Shown here in pieces: positions 18,151 through 27,550 of a DNA stretch of 64,000 nt; position 1 is the first letter of the stretch, and each line of letters starts with the position of its first letter. The stretch comes from Myxococcota bacterium (lineage in GTDB: Bacteria; Myxococcota_A; Bradymonadia; UBA7976; UBA1532). The stretch covers positions 1 through 64,000 of the forward strand of contig JAYZEG010000008.1 of NCBI GenBank assembly GCA_036337435.1, in the 5' to 3' direction. The position numbers and the translations under genes were made by a program. The notes beneath the pieces were generated by a model. That model did no database searches, was not told the origin of the DNA, and saw only the letters and a list, made by a program, of their open reading frames with translations.

Positions 18151-19551
18151 CTAGACGCGTTTCTTCCACGTTTTACGCGAGATCGGCCTCGGATATGCTT
18201 CGTCGAGGCGTACACCGAACGCACCCGTTTCGAGGCTACAATCCCTGCCATTCATTTCATGAATGGTTGGCGTAGGAAGCTTGGCGATTTCAGGCACCCA
18301 CTGACGTATGTATCGAGCCTGTTTATCGTAACGCATGGACTGCCGGCGAATGCTAAAGCGATGACTCAGGGGGCTCGGACTGACGCCCGCAGACCGCTGC
18401 CAATTGCCCATGTTGGAACACGGCTCGTGATCAACCAGTTGAGTTTCGAAATATTTAGCCCCGACCCGCCAGTCCTGTTCCAGGTCGCGAGAGAAAAAGC
18501 ACGCAACGTTTTGACGCCCGCGGAAGGTCATATACCCGGTCGCAGCAAGCTCTCGCATGTGAGCGTCGATGAAAGGCCACCCGGTCATCCCCTTGCACCA
18601 GCGCTCGAAAATATCTGGGTCAGAATCCCATTGAAGGTCCGTCGAATTGATTCCGCTGAGGTCGTACACAGCTTGCCCTTTTGCGAGAGCGACGAGGTGA
18701 AAGAATTCCCTTTGATACAACTCTTGTGTCAGCTCCCGCGTCGACCGGTTATAAACACGGGCCTTCTCATAGTTTTTCAGTTCATGAAAAACCTGTCGCG
18801 GTGATAGGGCACCGTGCGCCAAGTATGCCGACAACCTGGACGTGGCATTTTGGGCCAGAAGCTGGTCGCGCTTGCGTGCGTAGTCTCTGGCGTGGTCTCC
18901 CTCACGGAAAAACGTGGATAGGCGCTTCAGGCCTTGCGACGACCCTCCTTGGAGCCCGTTGAGAAGACTTCGGCTCTCCGTGGACTGAGCCTGTCCAAAG
19001 TCGCCCAGAGTGGGCAATGGCTCATAGGCCGCATCAATGCCCACCAACGTGGGCCGCGCAACGGGTTTTGGGGGTACGCCTTGAGCCGCTATTAGCTCTT
19101 GAAATTCACCGAACTGCCAAGGCGGGTCGCGCAGCTCGTCGGGCAGGGTTTCTGGGTCGAATAGGGTATCGCCCCAATGTTGACTGGTGGCAATCCCGTC
19201 CTGATGAAGCTGCGACACAACATCCTCCACCAAAGCACGGTGGGGGGCGGTATAACGACTGTGCAAAAACACTTCATCCGCCTTCGACTCCGAGGCAAAT
19301 TTTGGCAGAGCGACCTCGGGCCTGCCGTGCAGTACGAACAAATCGGACCCGGCTTCCACATACTGGTCGCGTAAGTCTTGCAATGTTTCGAGGCGAAAAG
19401 CTCGGGTCTTGGGGTTTAGCTCGGCCCATTCGGCGTGGTTGAAGCACACCACGGGCAATACATTGCCGTCGTAGTGCGCAGCTGCGGCAACAAGGGCGGG
19501 GTTATCGGCCAGTCGTAAGTCGTTCTGATGCCAGAGGATTGCCAAGCTCAT
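18151..19551 (-). CDS. Divergent cryptochrome/photolyase (DASH-like)
   Basis: WHQNDLRLADNPAL, TSRLSAYLAHGALSPR, GMTGWPFIDAHMREL, RGRQNVA, DWRVGA, GNW; start ATG 19551 (ORF extends to 19578). Confidence 0.9.
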   Translation of the reverse strand: MSLAILWHQNDLRLADNPALVAAAAHYDGNVLPVVCFNHAEWAELNPKTRAFRLETLQDLRDQYVEAGSDLFVLHGRPEVALPKFASESKADEVFLHSRYTAPHRALVEDVVSQLHQDGIATSQHWGDTLFDPETLPDELRDPPWQFGEFQELIAAQGVPPKPVARPTLVGIDAAYEPLPTLGDFGQAQSTESRSLLNGLQGGSSQGLKRLSTFFREGDHARDYARKRDQLLAQNATSRLSAYLAHGALSPRQVFHELKNYEKARVYNRSTRELTQELYQREFFHLVALAKGQAVYDLSGINSTDLQWDSDPDIFERWCKGMTGWPFIDAHMRELAATGYMTFRGRQNVACFFSRDLEQDWRVGAKYFETQLVDHEPCSNMGNWQRSAGVSPSPLSHRFSIRRQSMRYDKQARYIRQWVPEIAKLPTPTIHEMNGRDCSLETGAFGVRLDEAYPRPISRKTWKKRV

Positions 19552-19663
19552 GCTTGGTAGAGTATTGAACCCAGCCAAACGTTACTCTAAATACCGCAGC
19601 TTTTATCTAAAGTTTCCAGACACACGGTGAAGGGTGACAAGTGCAGCCGAGCAAACGTCGATT

Positions 19664-21382
19664 TCAGACGATTCCGAAGGGATAATTACCACGCTCGTAA
19701 GTTGTTTGCGCAATGTGTTTGAGCAACTCATCTTCATCCCGTTCCATTCGATTCAGCTTCGACCTCATGCGTTCTTCAATCATGCATCGAAACCCGCGCG
19801 CCAATTCGATTTCACGCGCAGCTTTATCCTCGCCCTTCTGCTCGATGAATGCCGTCGTGCGAGAGATGACCGCCGCCAATCCATAGAGATCAATTGCAAC
19901 CTCGGCCAAACGCTTTTGAGCGAATTGCATAAGGTGGATTCGCCGCCCGTGTTTTCGTAAAACCCGTTCAGCACACTTTGCAAGTTCCGCCGTACACTCT
20001 TCGAAGAGCACGATTTCCCTGCGTAGGGCTTCATGCCCTCCGATCAACCTATCCGGCGATAACGTTTGCTTGGCTTTTCGAACGACAAACCCTGTCAGAA
20101 CCCCAAACCCTTTAATGGGTTCGCGCATGGCTTGTAAAGCTTCCTTGAGGTGATTCCCCGGGCCCTGTAGACCCGACAGCGCGATAAACGCCCTCAGAAT
20201 TTCATTAGTGCCTTCAAAAATCAGATTGATGCGGGCGTCTCGTAGAATTTTCTCGTAGGGATACTCGCACATGTAGCCCAAACCACCTGCTATCTGCAGA
20301 GCCTCATTGCATGTCACCCATAGAGATTCTGACCCGTACACTTTGCAAATGGCACTCTCCAGCGAATAATCGGGAACGCCGGCGTCAATGAGCCCTGTCG
20401 TCAAATAGGTCATACTCTCGAGGGCATAAGTCTCGCACATCATTCGCGCGATCTTATCTTTCACCATCCCGAATTCGCCTATTTTCTTCTTGAAGGCGAC
20501 TCGTTCATTACAACGTTCTGTTGCTAAGGCGATCAATTTCTTATTGTTACCGATACACCCTGCCGCAAGCCCGAAACGTCCGTTGTTTAGGACTTGCATG
20601 GCGACTTTAAAGCCGGCCCCTGGCTCGCCCAGCACATTTTCCACCGGCACTCGAGTATCGTCGAAAAACAAATCTGTTGTCGAGGAGCCCCGTATACCCA
20701 GCTTGTCCTCGTCTGGACCATTCTTAACACCATGCTGCCGCTCGACTATTAAGGCGATAATCTTGGGTTTACCACTGCCATCCGGATCCGTGGTCCGAGC
20801 AAACACCGTAAATACGTCAGCGAATCGACCGTTGGTAATCCAAATTTTAGACCCGTTCAGGATATACTCCGTGCCATCTTCGGATAATTCAGCCTTCGTC
20901 TTGATACTTCCCGCATCACTGCCTGCGCTGGGTTCTGTGAGCGCGAAGGCCGCAACGGTTTCACCGGTCGCTAAAGAAGGCAGGTATTTCCGTTTCTGTT
21001 CCGCATTCCCAGCCAAGAGAATGCCCTTTAACCCGATGGATTGATGCGCACCGATCGTGACTGCGAGACTTGGATCGATTGAGCCCAACTCCTCCATCAC
21101 GCGCGCATACGCCGTGTTCGATAGCCCAAAGCCACCATATGCTTCCGGAATAATCAGGCCAAATAAGCCAAGCTCTTTCATCTTGTCTAAGATTTCATCC
21201 GACAGTTTATGATCGGCGTCGATCTGAGCCGGGTCGATATAGGCCTCCGCAAACCGGCGGATACTTTCCAGGATCATCGCGACCGTCTCACTCTCCTCGT
21301 CGTCCATTTTTGGATACGGGAATATCAGTTCACTCTCGATGACGCCGTGAAATGCGGCCTTCATAAAGCTATCTTCTCTCAA
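19664..21382 (-). CDS. Acyl-CoA dehydrogenase (VLCAD/ACAD9-like)
   Basis: AHQSIG, FALTEPSAGSDA, NGSKIWITNG, KLGIRGSST, RDARINLIFEGTNEI; likely TTG start at 21382 after SD AAGGAG (ORF extends to 21415). Confidence 0.95.
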   Translation of the reverse strand: MREDSFMKAAFHGVIESELIFPYPKMDDEESETVAMILESIRRFAEAYIDPAQIDADHKLSDEILDKMKELGLFGLIIPEAYGGFGLSNTAYARVMEELGSIDPSLAVTIGAHQSIGLKGILLAGNAEQKRKYLPSLATGETVAAFALTEPSAGSDAGSIKTKAELSEDGTEYILNGSKIWITNGRFADVFTVFARTTDPDGSGKPKIIALIVERQHGVKNGPDEDKLGIRGSSTTDLFFDDTRVPVENVLGEPGAGFKVAMQVLNNGRFGLAAGCIGNNKKLIALATERCNERVAFKKKIGEFGMVKDKIARMMCETYALESMTYLTTGLIDAGVPDYSLESAICKVYGSESLWVTCNEALQIAGGLGYMCEYPYEKILRDARINLIFEGTNEILRAFIALSGLQGPGNHLKEALQAMREPIKGFGVLTGFVVRKAKQTLSPDRLIGGHEALRREIVLFEECTAELAKCAERVLRKHGRRIHLMQFAQKRLAEVAIDLYGLAAVISRTTAFIEQKGEDKAAREIELARGFRCMIEERMRSKLNRMERDEDELLKHIAQTTYERGNYPFGIV

Positions 21383-21653
21383 CGTTGACTCCTTAAGTTG
21401 CCTACTCAGGAGCATAGGGACAGTTGCTCTTAAACGCCAACAAACTTGAATGTGGAGATGCGGGCATGAATGCTTTTTGGACCCAACATCTGTCGGAGGG
21501 CCCGACTTGCAGACAACTGTTGGTTTTATCGACGTGAAGGGTCTCAGCGTGAATTAAGCTCCCCAAAGCCTGCAGCGTTTAACGAATCAAATCGGCTCCA
21601 CTTTCGACTGAATCGGCACGAAGCGCGGTCGGACGAGCATAAGCTGAAAAGGG

Positions 21654-22124
21654 TCACTTGCCGTTTCGCTGACCCTGCCTGTGCCTACGCCTATCGCCCC
21701 GTCGCACCCGTTGACGTTCCATGAGCGAAGTCAACTCTTGGCGTTGTTCCTCGGTGAGCATATCCCTGATGGTCAACATTGTGCCAACGCGCTTTTTACG
21801 GATATCCGTGCTTATCTGACCGATTTGCTCGATGAGCGTCATGACTTTAGCCCGCTGCGGCTCGCTGACGGACATCAGCTTTTCAAGTTCAAGTCGGTGT
21901 TCGTCGCGTTTGGCTTTGAGCCCGATCATAGACTTTCGAGTCTCGAAAAGAATGGCTCTAATCTTCCTCTCGGCGGCCTTATCAACACCCAGTTTTTTAA
22001 TCATCTTGCCCAAACGCATGGGATTGAGGTTACCTTGTTTTTGTCGGCGATCGGCATGCGCTTGAGCGCAAACTCCCAAAAGCAAAACAGCTATCAGAAT
22101 TAGGTGTGACCTTGCGTTTATCAT
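21654..22124 (-). CDS. Spy/CpxP/ZraP-family periplasmic protein
   Basis: SD AAGGAG before ATG 22124; signal peptide ending AHA; basic helical body with C-terminal LTEEQR (LTxxQ) motif. Confidence 0.85.
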   Translation of the reverse strand: MINARSHLILIAVLLLGVCAQAHADRRQKQGNLNPMRLGKMIKKLGVDKAAERKIRAILFETRKSMIGLKAKRDEHRLELEKLMSVSEPQRAKVMTLIEQIGQISTDIRKKRVGTMLTIRDMLTEEQRQELTSLMERQRVRRGDRRRHRQGQRNGK

Positions 22125-22134
22125 TGTATGCTCC

Positions 22135-22581
22135 TTAAATATCCATTGAATAAATGAGATCTGAAATCGCCGCCAATTCTGGCGTCCACAGCTCATCTAG
22201 CTTGTCTTCCGCATCACTCGAGACATCGAACGCGACCAAGTCCACTTCAAAATCATCGTGTCCCGAGACATCGTTCCAAGCCTCGTAAATGTTTAGAAAT
22301 TCGTCTTCAGCCATGGCGGCCGTTGGGGTCTCCACGTCCATTGTCACTGACCCAGCAAAACCGTGAGTCGGTCTCGACGCATCCGTAATCAGACCCGTTC
22401 CAATCAGAGAGCCACCTACGGCCGCAACGAGAACAAGACCCAACACCACTTGTTGTCGGCGCCGTCTCCGCTCAACCAGTCTATCAACACCAGCTCTGAA
22501 ACTGGCCTCAGACAAACCGGTCTCATCAGGCTGGTAAGCCTTTTTAAGCCGTTCAAAAAATTCGTTCTCTTCATTACTCAT
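22135..22581 (-). CDS. Single-pass membrane protein, anti-sigma-factor-like
   Basis: Short cytoplasmic N-terminus (FFERLKKAY), RRRRR positive-inside patch, one TM helix, acidic periplasmic tail; 10 bp upstream of the Spy/CpxP gene. Confidence 0.6.
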   Translation of the reverse strand: MSNEENEFFERLKKAYQPDETGLSEASFRAGVDRLVERRRRRQQVVLGLVLVAAVGGSLIGTGLITDASRPTHGFAGSVTMDVETPTAAMAEDEFLNIYEAWNDVSGHDDFEVDLVAFDVSSDAEDKLDELWTPELAAISDLIYSMDI

Positions 22582-22649
22582 CTTTCTTTCCTGGGCTCCC
22601 GCAATTCTCCAAAACCGCGGTCATTAGGGCCATGCGTTGTTTATTTGCT

Positions 22650-22677
22650 GACGCACATCAGGTGCGAACGGTTTACA
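22650..22677 (-). promoter_or_regulatory. ECF sigma-type promoter TGTAAACC-N16-CGTC driving the anti-sigma/Spy pair
   Basis: Minus strand TGTAAACCGTT-CGCACCTGATGT-GCGTC, about 70 nt upstream of ATG 22581; same motif and spacing at 62347-62374. Confidence 0.75.
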
Positions 22678-22852
22678 CGTCAGGGAAATTTTTTTTGAAA
22701 AAAGGGGCCGCTCTTGAGCCAGTCATCCTTGCCGCCAAAGTCATCGGGCTCATTCGCTCGACGATATAAAGCATCAAATTGACCCGAAGGGCTTGTGACA
22801 AGACGCCGTTAGCGATAGCGTCGGCCCTCGTATAGCAATGAGGACAGTTGCC

Positions 22853-24355
22853 ATGTGTGCAATCGTGGGCATCTCTGGGTGCGAACCTGTCAACCAGCGT
22901 ATTTATGACGCCTTGACGGTCCTGCAACATCGAGGTCAAGATGCGGCCGGCATAGCAACAACGGCTGGCGAGAGAATTCACCTGCATAAAGACAAAGGTT
23001 TAGTTCGCGACGTTTTTCGGACGCGTCATATGCGTGCGCTCTCTGGCACCACGGGCATCGGCCATGTTCGCTATCCGACCGCGGGCAGCAGTTCCGCCGA
23101 TGAATCTCAACCGCTCTACGTCAATTCGCCTCACGGTATCACCCTGGCCCACAATGGCAATCTGACGAACGCCGAAACCCTGCGGCGTGAACTGTTTGAA
23201 AAGAACAAACGTCACATCAACACGAACTCTGACTCGGAAATTCTCCTCAATGTTTTTGCTCACGAGTTGGCCATACAGGGGTTCGACAAATTGTTGCCAG
23301 GCCATATTTTTAACGCCATCCGAGGCGTGCACAAACGCTGTCGCGGTGCCTATGCTGTCACCTTGATGATCCCGGGGTTTGGCCTCGTCGCCTTTCGTGA
23401 CCCATATGGAATTCGCCCCCTGGTTCTTGGTCGACGAGACGTAGACGACGGCACCGAATATATGGTCGCCTCCGAATCTGTCGCCTTGGACGCTCTGAAT
23501 TTCCAACTGATTGGCGATATTCAGCCGGGGGAAGCGGTTGTCTTCAAAGATGGCGGCTCGCCCGCCATACGCCAGCAGTGCAGCATGACGCCGAGTCGCC
23601 GGCCGTGTTTATTTGAGTTTGTCTACCTGGCGAGGCCCGATTCCATCATCGATGGTATTTCAGTGTATAAGAGCCGACTCAGAATGGGTGATTTTCTGGC
23701 GAAAAAAATCTTAACTGAACGGCCCAACCACGACATCGACGTCGTCATCGCTGTGCCTGATACGAGCCGGACTGCGGCTATTCAGGTAAGCTATCATCTC
23801 GGTGCGAAACTCCGGGAAGGTTTTATCAAAAACCGCTACATCGGCCGGACGTTTATCATGCCCGGCCAAGCCGTCCGAAAGAAATCCGTACGCCAGAAAC
23901 TGAATCCGATCGGTTTAGAATTTAGAGATAAAGTCGTTCTCCTCGTCGATGACTCCATCGTCCGCGGAACGACCTGTAGCGAGATCATTCGAATGGCTCG
24001 TGAAGCTGGTGCTCGAAAAGTCTACTTTGCATCAGCCGCTCCACCGGTGCGGTATCCCAATGTCTACGGTATTGATATGCCCGCAGCCCCTGAGCTCATC
24101 GCTCACAATAAAACCATTGGAGAAATTGAAGAGGAAATCGGTGCTGACTGGCTCATCTATCAGGATTTAGAAGACCTCCGCTCCGCTGTGGCGGGCGGGC
24201 CGTCCAATGTACGACAGTTCGAAGACTGCGTGTTCTCGGGCTCGTACCTAGAAGATAGCATTAATGCCGCCTACCTGGACACGCTCGAAGCATCCCGTGC
24301 TGATGCAGTCCGTACTCAAGCCGATGCCGCTGTGTCCGAAATGGAAGAAGCGTAA
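22853..24355 (+). CDS. purF: Amidophosphoribosyltransferase
   Basis: MCAIVG (catalytic N-terminal Cys), [41 protein letters not shown]. Confidence 0.98.
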   Translation: MCAIVGISGCEPVNQRIYDALTVLQHRGQDAAGIATTAGERIHLHKDKGLVRDVFRTRHMRALSGTTGIGHVRYPTAGSSSADESQPLYVNSPHGITLAHNGNLTNAETLRRELFEKNKRHINTNSDSEILLNVFAHELAIQGFDKLLPGHIFNAIRGVHKRCRGAYAVTLMIPGFGLVAFRDPYGIRPLVLGRRDVDDGTEYMVASESVALDALNFQLIGDIQPGEAVVFKDGGSPAIRQQCSMTPSRRPCLFEFVYLARPDSIIDGISVYKSRLRMGDFLAKKILTERPNHDIDVVIAVPDTSRTAAIQVSYHLGAKLREGFIKNRYIGRTFIMPGQAVRKKSVRQKLNPIGLEFRDKVVLLVDDSIVRGTTCSEIIRMAREAGARKVYFASAAPPVRYPNVYGIDMPAAPELIAHNKTIGEIEEEIGADWLIYQDLEDLRSAVAGGPSNVRQFEDCVFSGSYLEDSINAAYLDTLEASRADAVRTQADAAVSEMEEA

Positions 24356-24480
24356 GTCCCACTTGGACTGGCTGAATCGCCCAAACTCTACCGCCGACGC
24401 TTCATTATCATCTCACTGAAACCGCTCGCAGCTCTGATGACTCTTTCTCGAGCTATTCAGCTGCCGTAGGGAAATACACT

Positions 24481-25845
24481 TTGAAGCGCGAAAAACTCAA
24501 CACGAACCATGTGGTCGTTTGGCATCGCACAGACCTGCGATTAGACGACAATTGGACACTGACAAAAGCAATCGAACTCGGCATCCCCCTCTGCGCCGTA
24601 TACATCATAGACCCGTTCTGGCTCGAGTCAGGTCTACAGGGGATTGAACGCTGCGGCTCCAAACGTTTTGGGGCACTCTTGGAATCACTCGCAGATTTGG
24701 CGGAACAATACCGTGCTGTCGGGCACGACTTAGTTGTCCGTGTGGGCGATACCGTGACTGAATTGGCTCGGATTGCAGCCGAGACCAACGCGAGTCACAT
24801 TTTTTTCACACGCGGCAAAACCACCTATGAGCGGCAGTTCGAAGACCGATTACAAGCTGCACTCGGTGATGAGCTGGAACTGGTTGGGCAATGGAATGAT
24901 GTTTTACTCAACCCGGATGTCGTCGCCGCTAATCCCATGGTCAGTTTAAAAACGTTCTCGAGATTCCGAAGGTCGGTCGAGGTCAATCTGAGCCTGCCGA
25001 GCCCTAGACCCGCGCCCAAAAAGTTAAATGCGAACCCTCTCGCGAAAACACAGGTACCACATCCAAATCAGTTTGGGCTCGAGGAATACTCCATTCACAG
25101 TGACTCACCCATCGCCGACCTCGACTTCGGTTCAACTGGGGCATTCAAACAGCTCGAACGATACCTATGGGACTCCGATTCCATTGCTCACTACAAGCAA
25201 ACCCGAAATGGAATGCTCCAATGGTCTGAGTCGAGTCGGCTATCAGTCTACCTAGCCTTTGGATGCATCTCGCCCATTCGACTTTTCCACGAGATCGACC
25301 GTTATGAACTAAATCGAACAAAGAACGAAAGCACCTACTGGCTCAAGTTTGAACTCCTGTGGCGGGAGTATTTTCATCATCTTGCATACAGCGTCGGAGC
25401 AAAATTGTTTCAACTCGGTGGAACCCAAGGTGTAAGCCGACGATGGCGAGGCGCTTGCGCCGACTTCGACGCCTGGTGCAAGGGTGAGACTGGGATACCA
25501 TTAATCGATGCCAATATGGTTGAGCTTAACGAGACCGGCTACATGTCAAACCGGGGCCGGCAAATCGTCGCGAGTTATCTCGCGAAGGAGTTGGGCATCG
25601 ATTGGCGGCTGGGTGCGGCTTGGTTCGAATGCCAACTCATAGACTATGACCCCTGCGTCAACTGGGGCAATTGGCAATATCAGGCTGGCGTCGGTGTCGA
25701 TGCAAAAGACCGCCGTTTCAATGTCCAACTGCAGGCAAAACGTTACGACGCACGGACGACCTACGTGCGACGATGGCTAGGCGAACGCTACACCAACGTA
25801 ACCAATGAGCAGCTGATCGCACTCAACGCCGCGCCACGGCCCTAG
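24481..25845 (+). CDS. cry: DASH-family cryptochrome/photolyase (canonical)
   Basis: WHRTDLRLDDN, YKQTRNGM, YWLKFELLWREYF, GYMSNRGRQIVASYL, LIDYDPCVNWGNWQYQAGVG. Confidence 0.93.
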   Translation: MKREKLNTNHVVVWHRTDLRLDDNWTLTKAIELGIPLCAVYIIDPFWLESGLQGIERCGSKRFGALLESLADLAEQYRAVGHDLVVRVGDTVTELARIAAETNASHIFFTRGKTTYERQFEDRLQAALGDELELVGQWNDVLLNPDVVAANPMVSLKTFSRFRRSVEVNLSLPSPRPAPKKLNANPLAKTQVPHPNQFGLEEYSIHSDSPIADLDFGSTGAFKQLERYLWDSDSIAHYKQTRNGMLQWSESSRLSVYLAFGCISPIRLFHEIDRYELNRTKNESTYWLKFELLWREYFHHLAYSVGAKLFQLGGTQGVSRRWRGACADFDAWCKGETGIPLIDANMVELNETGYMSNRGRQIVASYLAKELGIDWRLGAAWFECQLIDYDPCVNWGNWQYQAGVGVDAKDRRFNVQLQAKRYDARTTYVRRWLGERYTNVTNEQLIALNAAPRP

Positions 25846-26384
25846 AGTGTTGTGGAGCCGGCAGGACGAGGACTGGGCTTTGGGACGCCCTCGATGTCGG
25901 CGTCTTCCAAGAAGAGTGGGAAATTATAGGCACCACCTATTTGGGCGTTCTGCCGGAGTGTGCCTTTAATTGAAATATCGATACCTGGGTGTGCGATTTG
26001 GCGCGTCTCGGCGACTAACACGCGTCCTCCCGCCTTGTCACAGAGATGGTACCAATTGGTGCCCATGATGTCCGGATAGACATTCATGATCCTTGCCTTG
26101 ACTGAAACGGTGTCGCCATCGCTCTTCGCCAGAAGCTTATCAATATTCATCGCCCCTTGCTCACGAACCGGCTTTGTGAAATTCGAGCAGTGAAACGTGG
26201 GATGGTGTCCGGATGCAATCCCATTCATAGGTGCAACCTCCATTGTCCGTTGGATTCCATTGGGCGCCGAAGGAACCAACGAAAGCTCCCGAAGCGACCA
26301 TCCGATCATGATCCCGGCTACAAGAATGACCATCGGGAGCAGCAAGCGGAGAGCGGGGCGAAGCAAGGCGTATAGACTCGTCAT
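25842..26384 (-). CDS. Membrane-anchored OB-fold protein (NrfJ-like)
   Basis: SD GGAGG before ATG 26384; N-terminal TM helix; IMGTNWYHL.D and GGAYNFPLFLEDA. Confidence 0.6.
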   Translation of the reverse strand: MTSLYALLRPALRLLLPMVILVAGIMIGWSLRELSLVPSAPNGIQRTMEVAPMNGIASGHHPTFHCSNFTKPVREQGAMNIDKLLAKSDGDTVSVKARIMNVYPDIMGTNWYHLCDKAGGRVLVAETRQIAHPGIDISIKGTLRQNAQIGGAYNFPLFLEDADIEGVPKPSPRPAGSTTL

Positions 26385-26529
26385 AATGAGACCTCCACCA
26401 CGGGGATGCAAAGACCGACCCAACAGTCACCGCCCAAAATCGGAATTGATGAAAAACGACCGATAGGCTGTGGATTTTGGGACCAAAGAGACCCATCAGA
26501 GAGCCGGTGTCGATGCGCGGAAAAGCTGG

Positions 26530-27519
26530 CTAGCCATCGTATTCGTAATGATAAGAAATGCCCGTTTTGAATTCGCTGGTCTCCTCACCACGATACGCCT
26601 TCAAAAACAGACCAAAGCCCATGAGTTGTACGGGCCGATAACGAACGGTCGTATGATACAAATGTCCGAATGTAAAAAAGTCATTGGACAGGGCACCGAG
26701 CAGTCCGAATTTTTCATCGACATTCGAATACTCCAAGAACAGGACCAAGCCTTTCCAACTCAATTGTGCATTGAGGTCATACGCCGGCGTATTTTCTGAT
26801 AGATTGTACAAATACTCAGCTGCAAACTCCACGGGCATTGAGGCAACAATACGGACCATAGCTCGGGTCTCGAGGCGAACGTGTAGCTGTTCAGATAGAC
26901 GAACAAAACCAAGCTCTCCACGTACCGAATCACCGTAGGGTTGGGTCCATTCAAATTCTGCGTAATTGGCTTGGTCCCACCACTGAAATCCGTTCGGGTC
27001 TTGCAAGTGGTCCAATGCCCCACCGACGAGCTCGATGCGACCTTCAGCCCAGGTTCTCAAAACAAACCGTGCTCCTCGGATCCAACCATCTCGATCCAAA
27101 CTGGTCGCCGACACTTTCCCTTTGACTGGAGGGATTACGCCCGCTTGAAGCCAAAACAATGGCGCCGTCCACTGAAGATAGATTTGACGCATATTAATGG
27201 GTTGTTCGAGGGCATCATCTTCAATGCGGTCGTATATGCGGTTCCACTGAGACGTATATTTCTCCCCTGTCCCCAGGAGCCCCCGAAAGTTTAGGGTTCG
27301 CCCGCCATCTAAATTGAGCAGCCCGATGTCATAACGAATGGCAAGTTGATACTGGTAGCGGCTTCTGAGGGCGTCTCCGGAGTCCGTCTCGAGCCGATGG
27401 TCATAACGAACAGGAGCACTCAGCTTGATAGACTCTAACCTGGGCTGGGCAAAACAGAGAGTGCAACTTAAGCTCGCAAACACCGAAGCCACCAATATGC
27501 GTTCAAACCATCCTGTCAC
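26530..27519 (-). CDS. Hypothetical exported protein, probable outer-membrane beta-barrel
   Basis: Signal peptide ending CFA; alternating aromatic/hydrophobic beta-strands; C-terminal GISYHYEYDG. Confidence 0.65.
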   Translation of the reverse strand: MTGWFERILVASVFASLSCTLCFAQPRLESIKLSAPVRYDHRLETDSGDALRSRYQYQLAIRYDIGLLNLDGGRTLNFRGLLGTGEKYTSQWNRIYDRIEDDALEQPINMRQIYLQWTAPLFWLQAGVIPPVKGKVSATSLDRDGWIRGARFVLRTWAEGRIELVGGALDHLQDPNGFQWWDQANYAEFEWTQPYGDSVRGELGFVRLSEQLHVRLETRAMVRIVASMPVEFAAEYLYNLSENTPAYDLNAQLSWKGLVLFLEYSNVDEKFGLLGALSNDFFTFGHLYHTTVRYRPVQLMGFGLFLKAYRGEETSEFKTGISYHYEYDG

Positions 27520-27550
27520 GTTCGACGCCTCGCTCAGTTATCAAAACACC

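Noticed and set aside
18093..18251. N-terminal extension of the histidine kinase ORF
   Set aside because: It overlaps the cryptochrome 3' end in another frame and reads as Arg-rich shadow sequence; ATG 18092 is more plausible.
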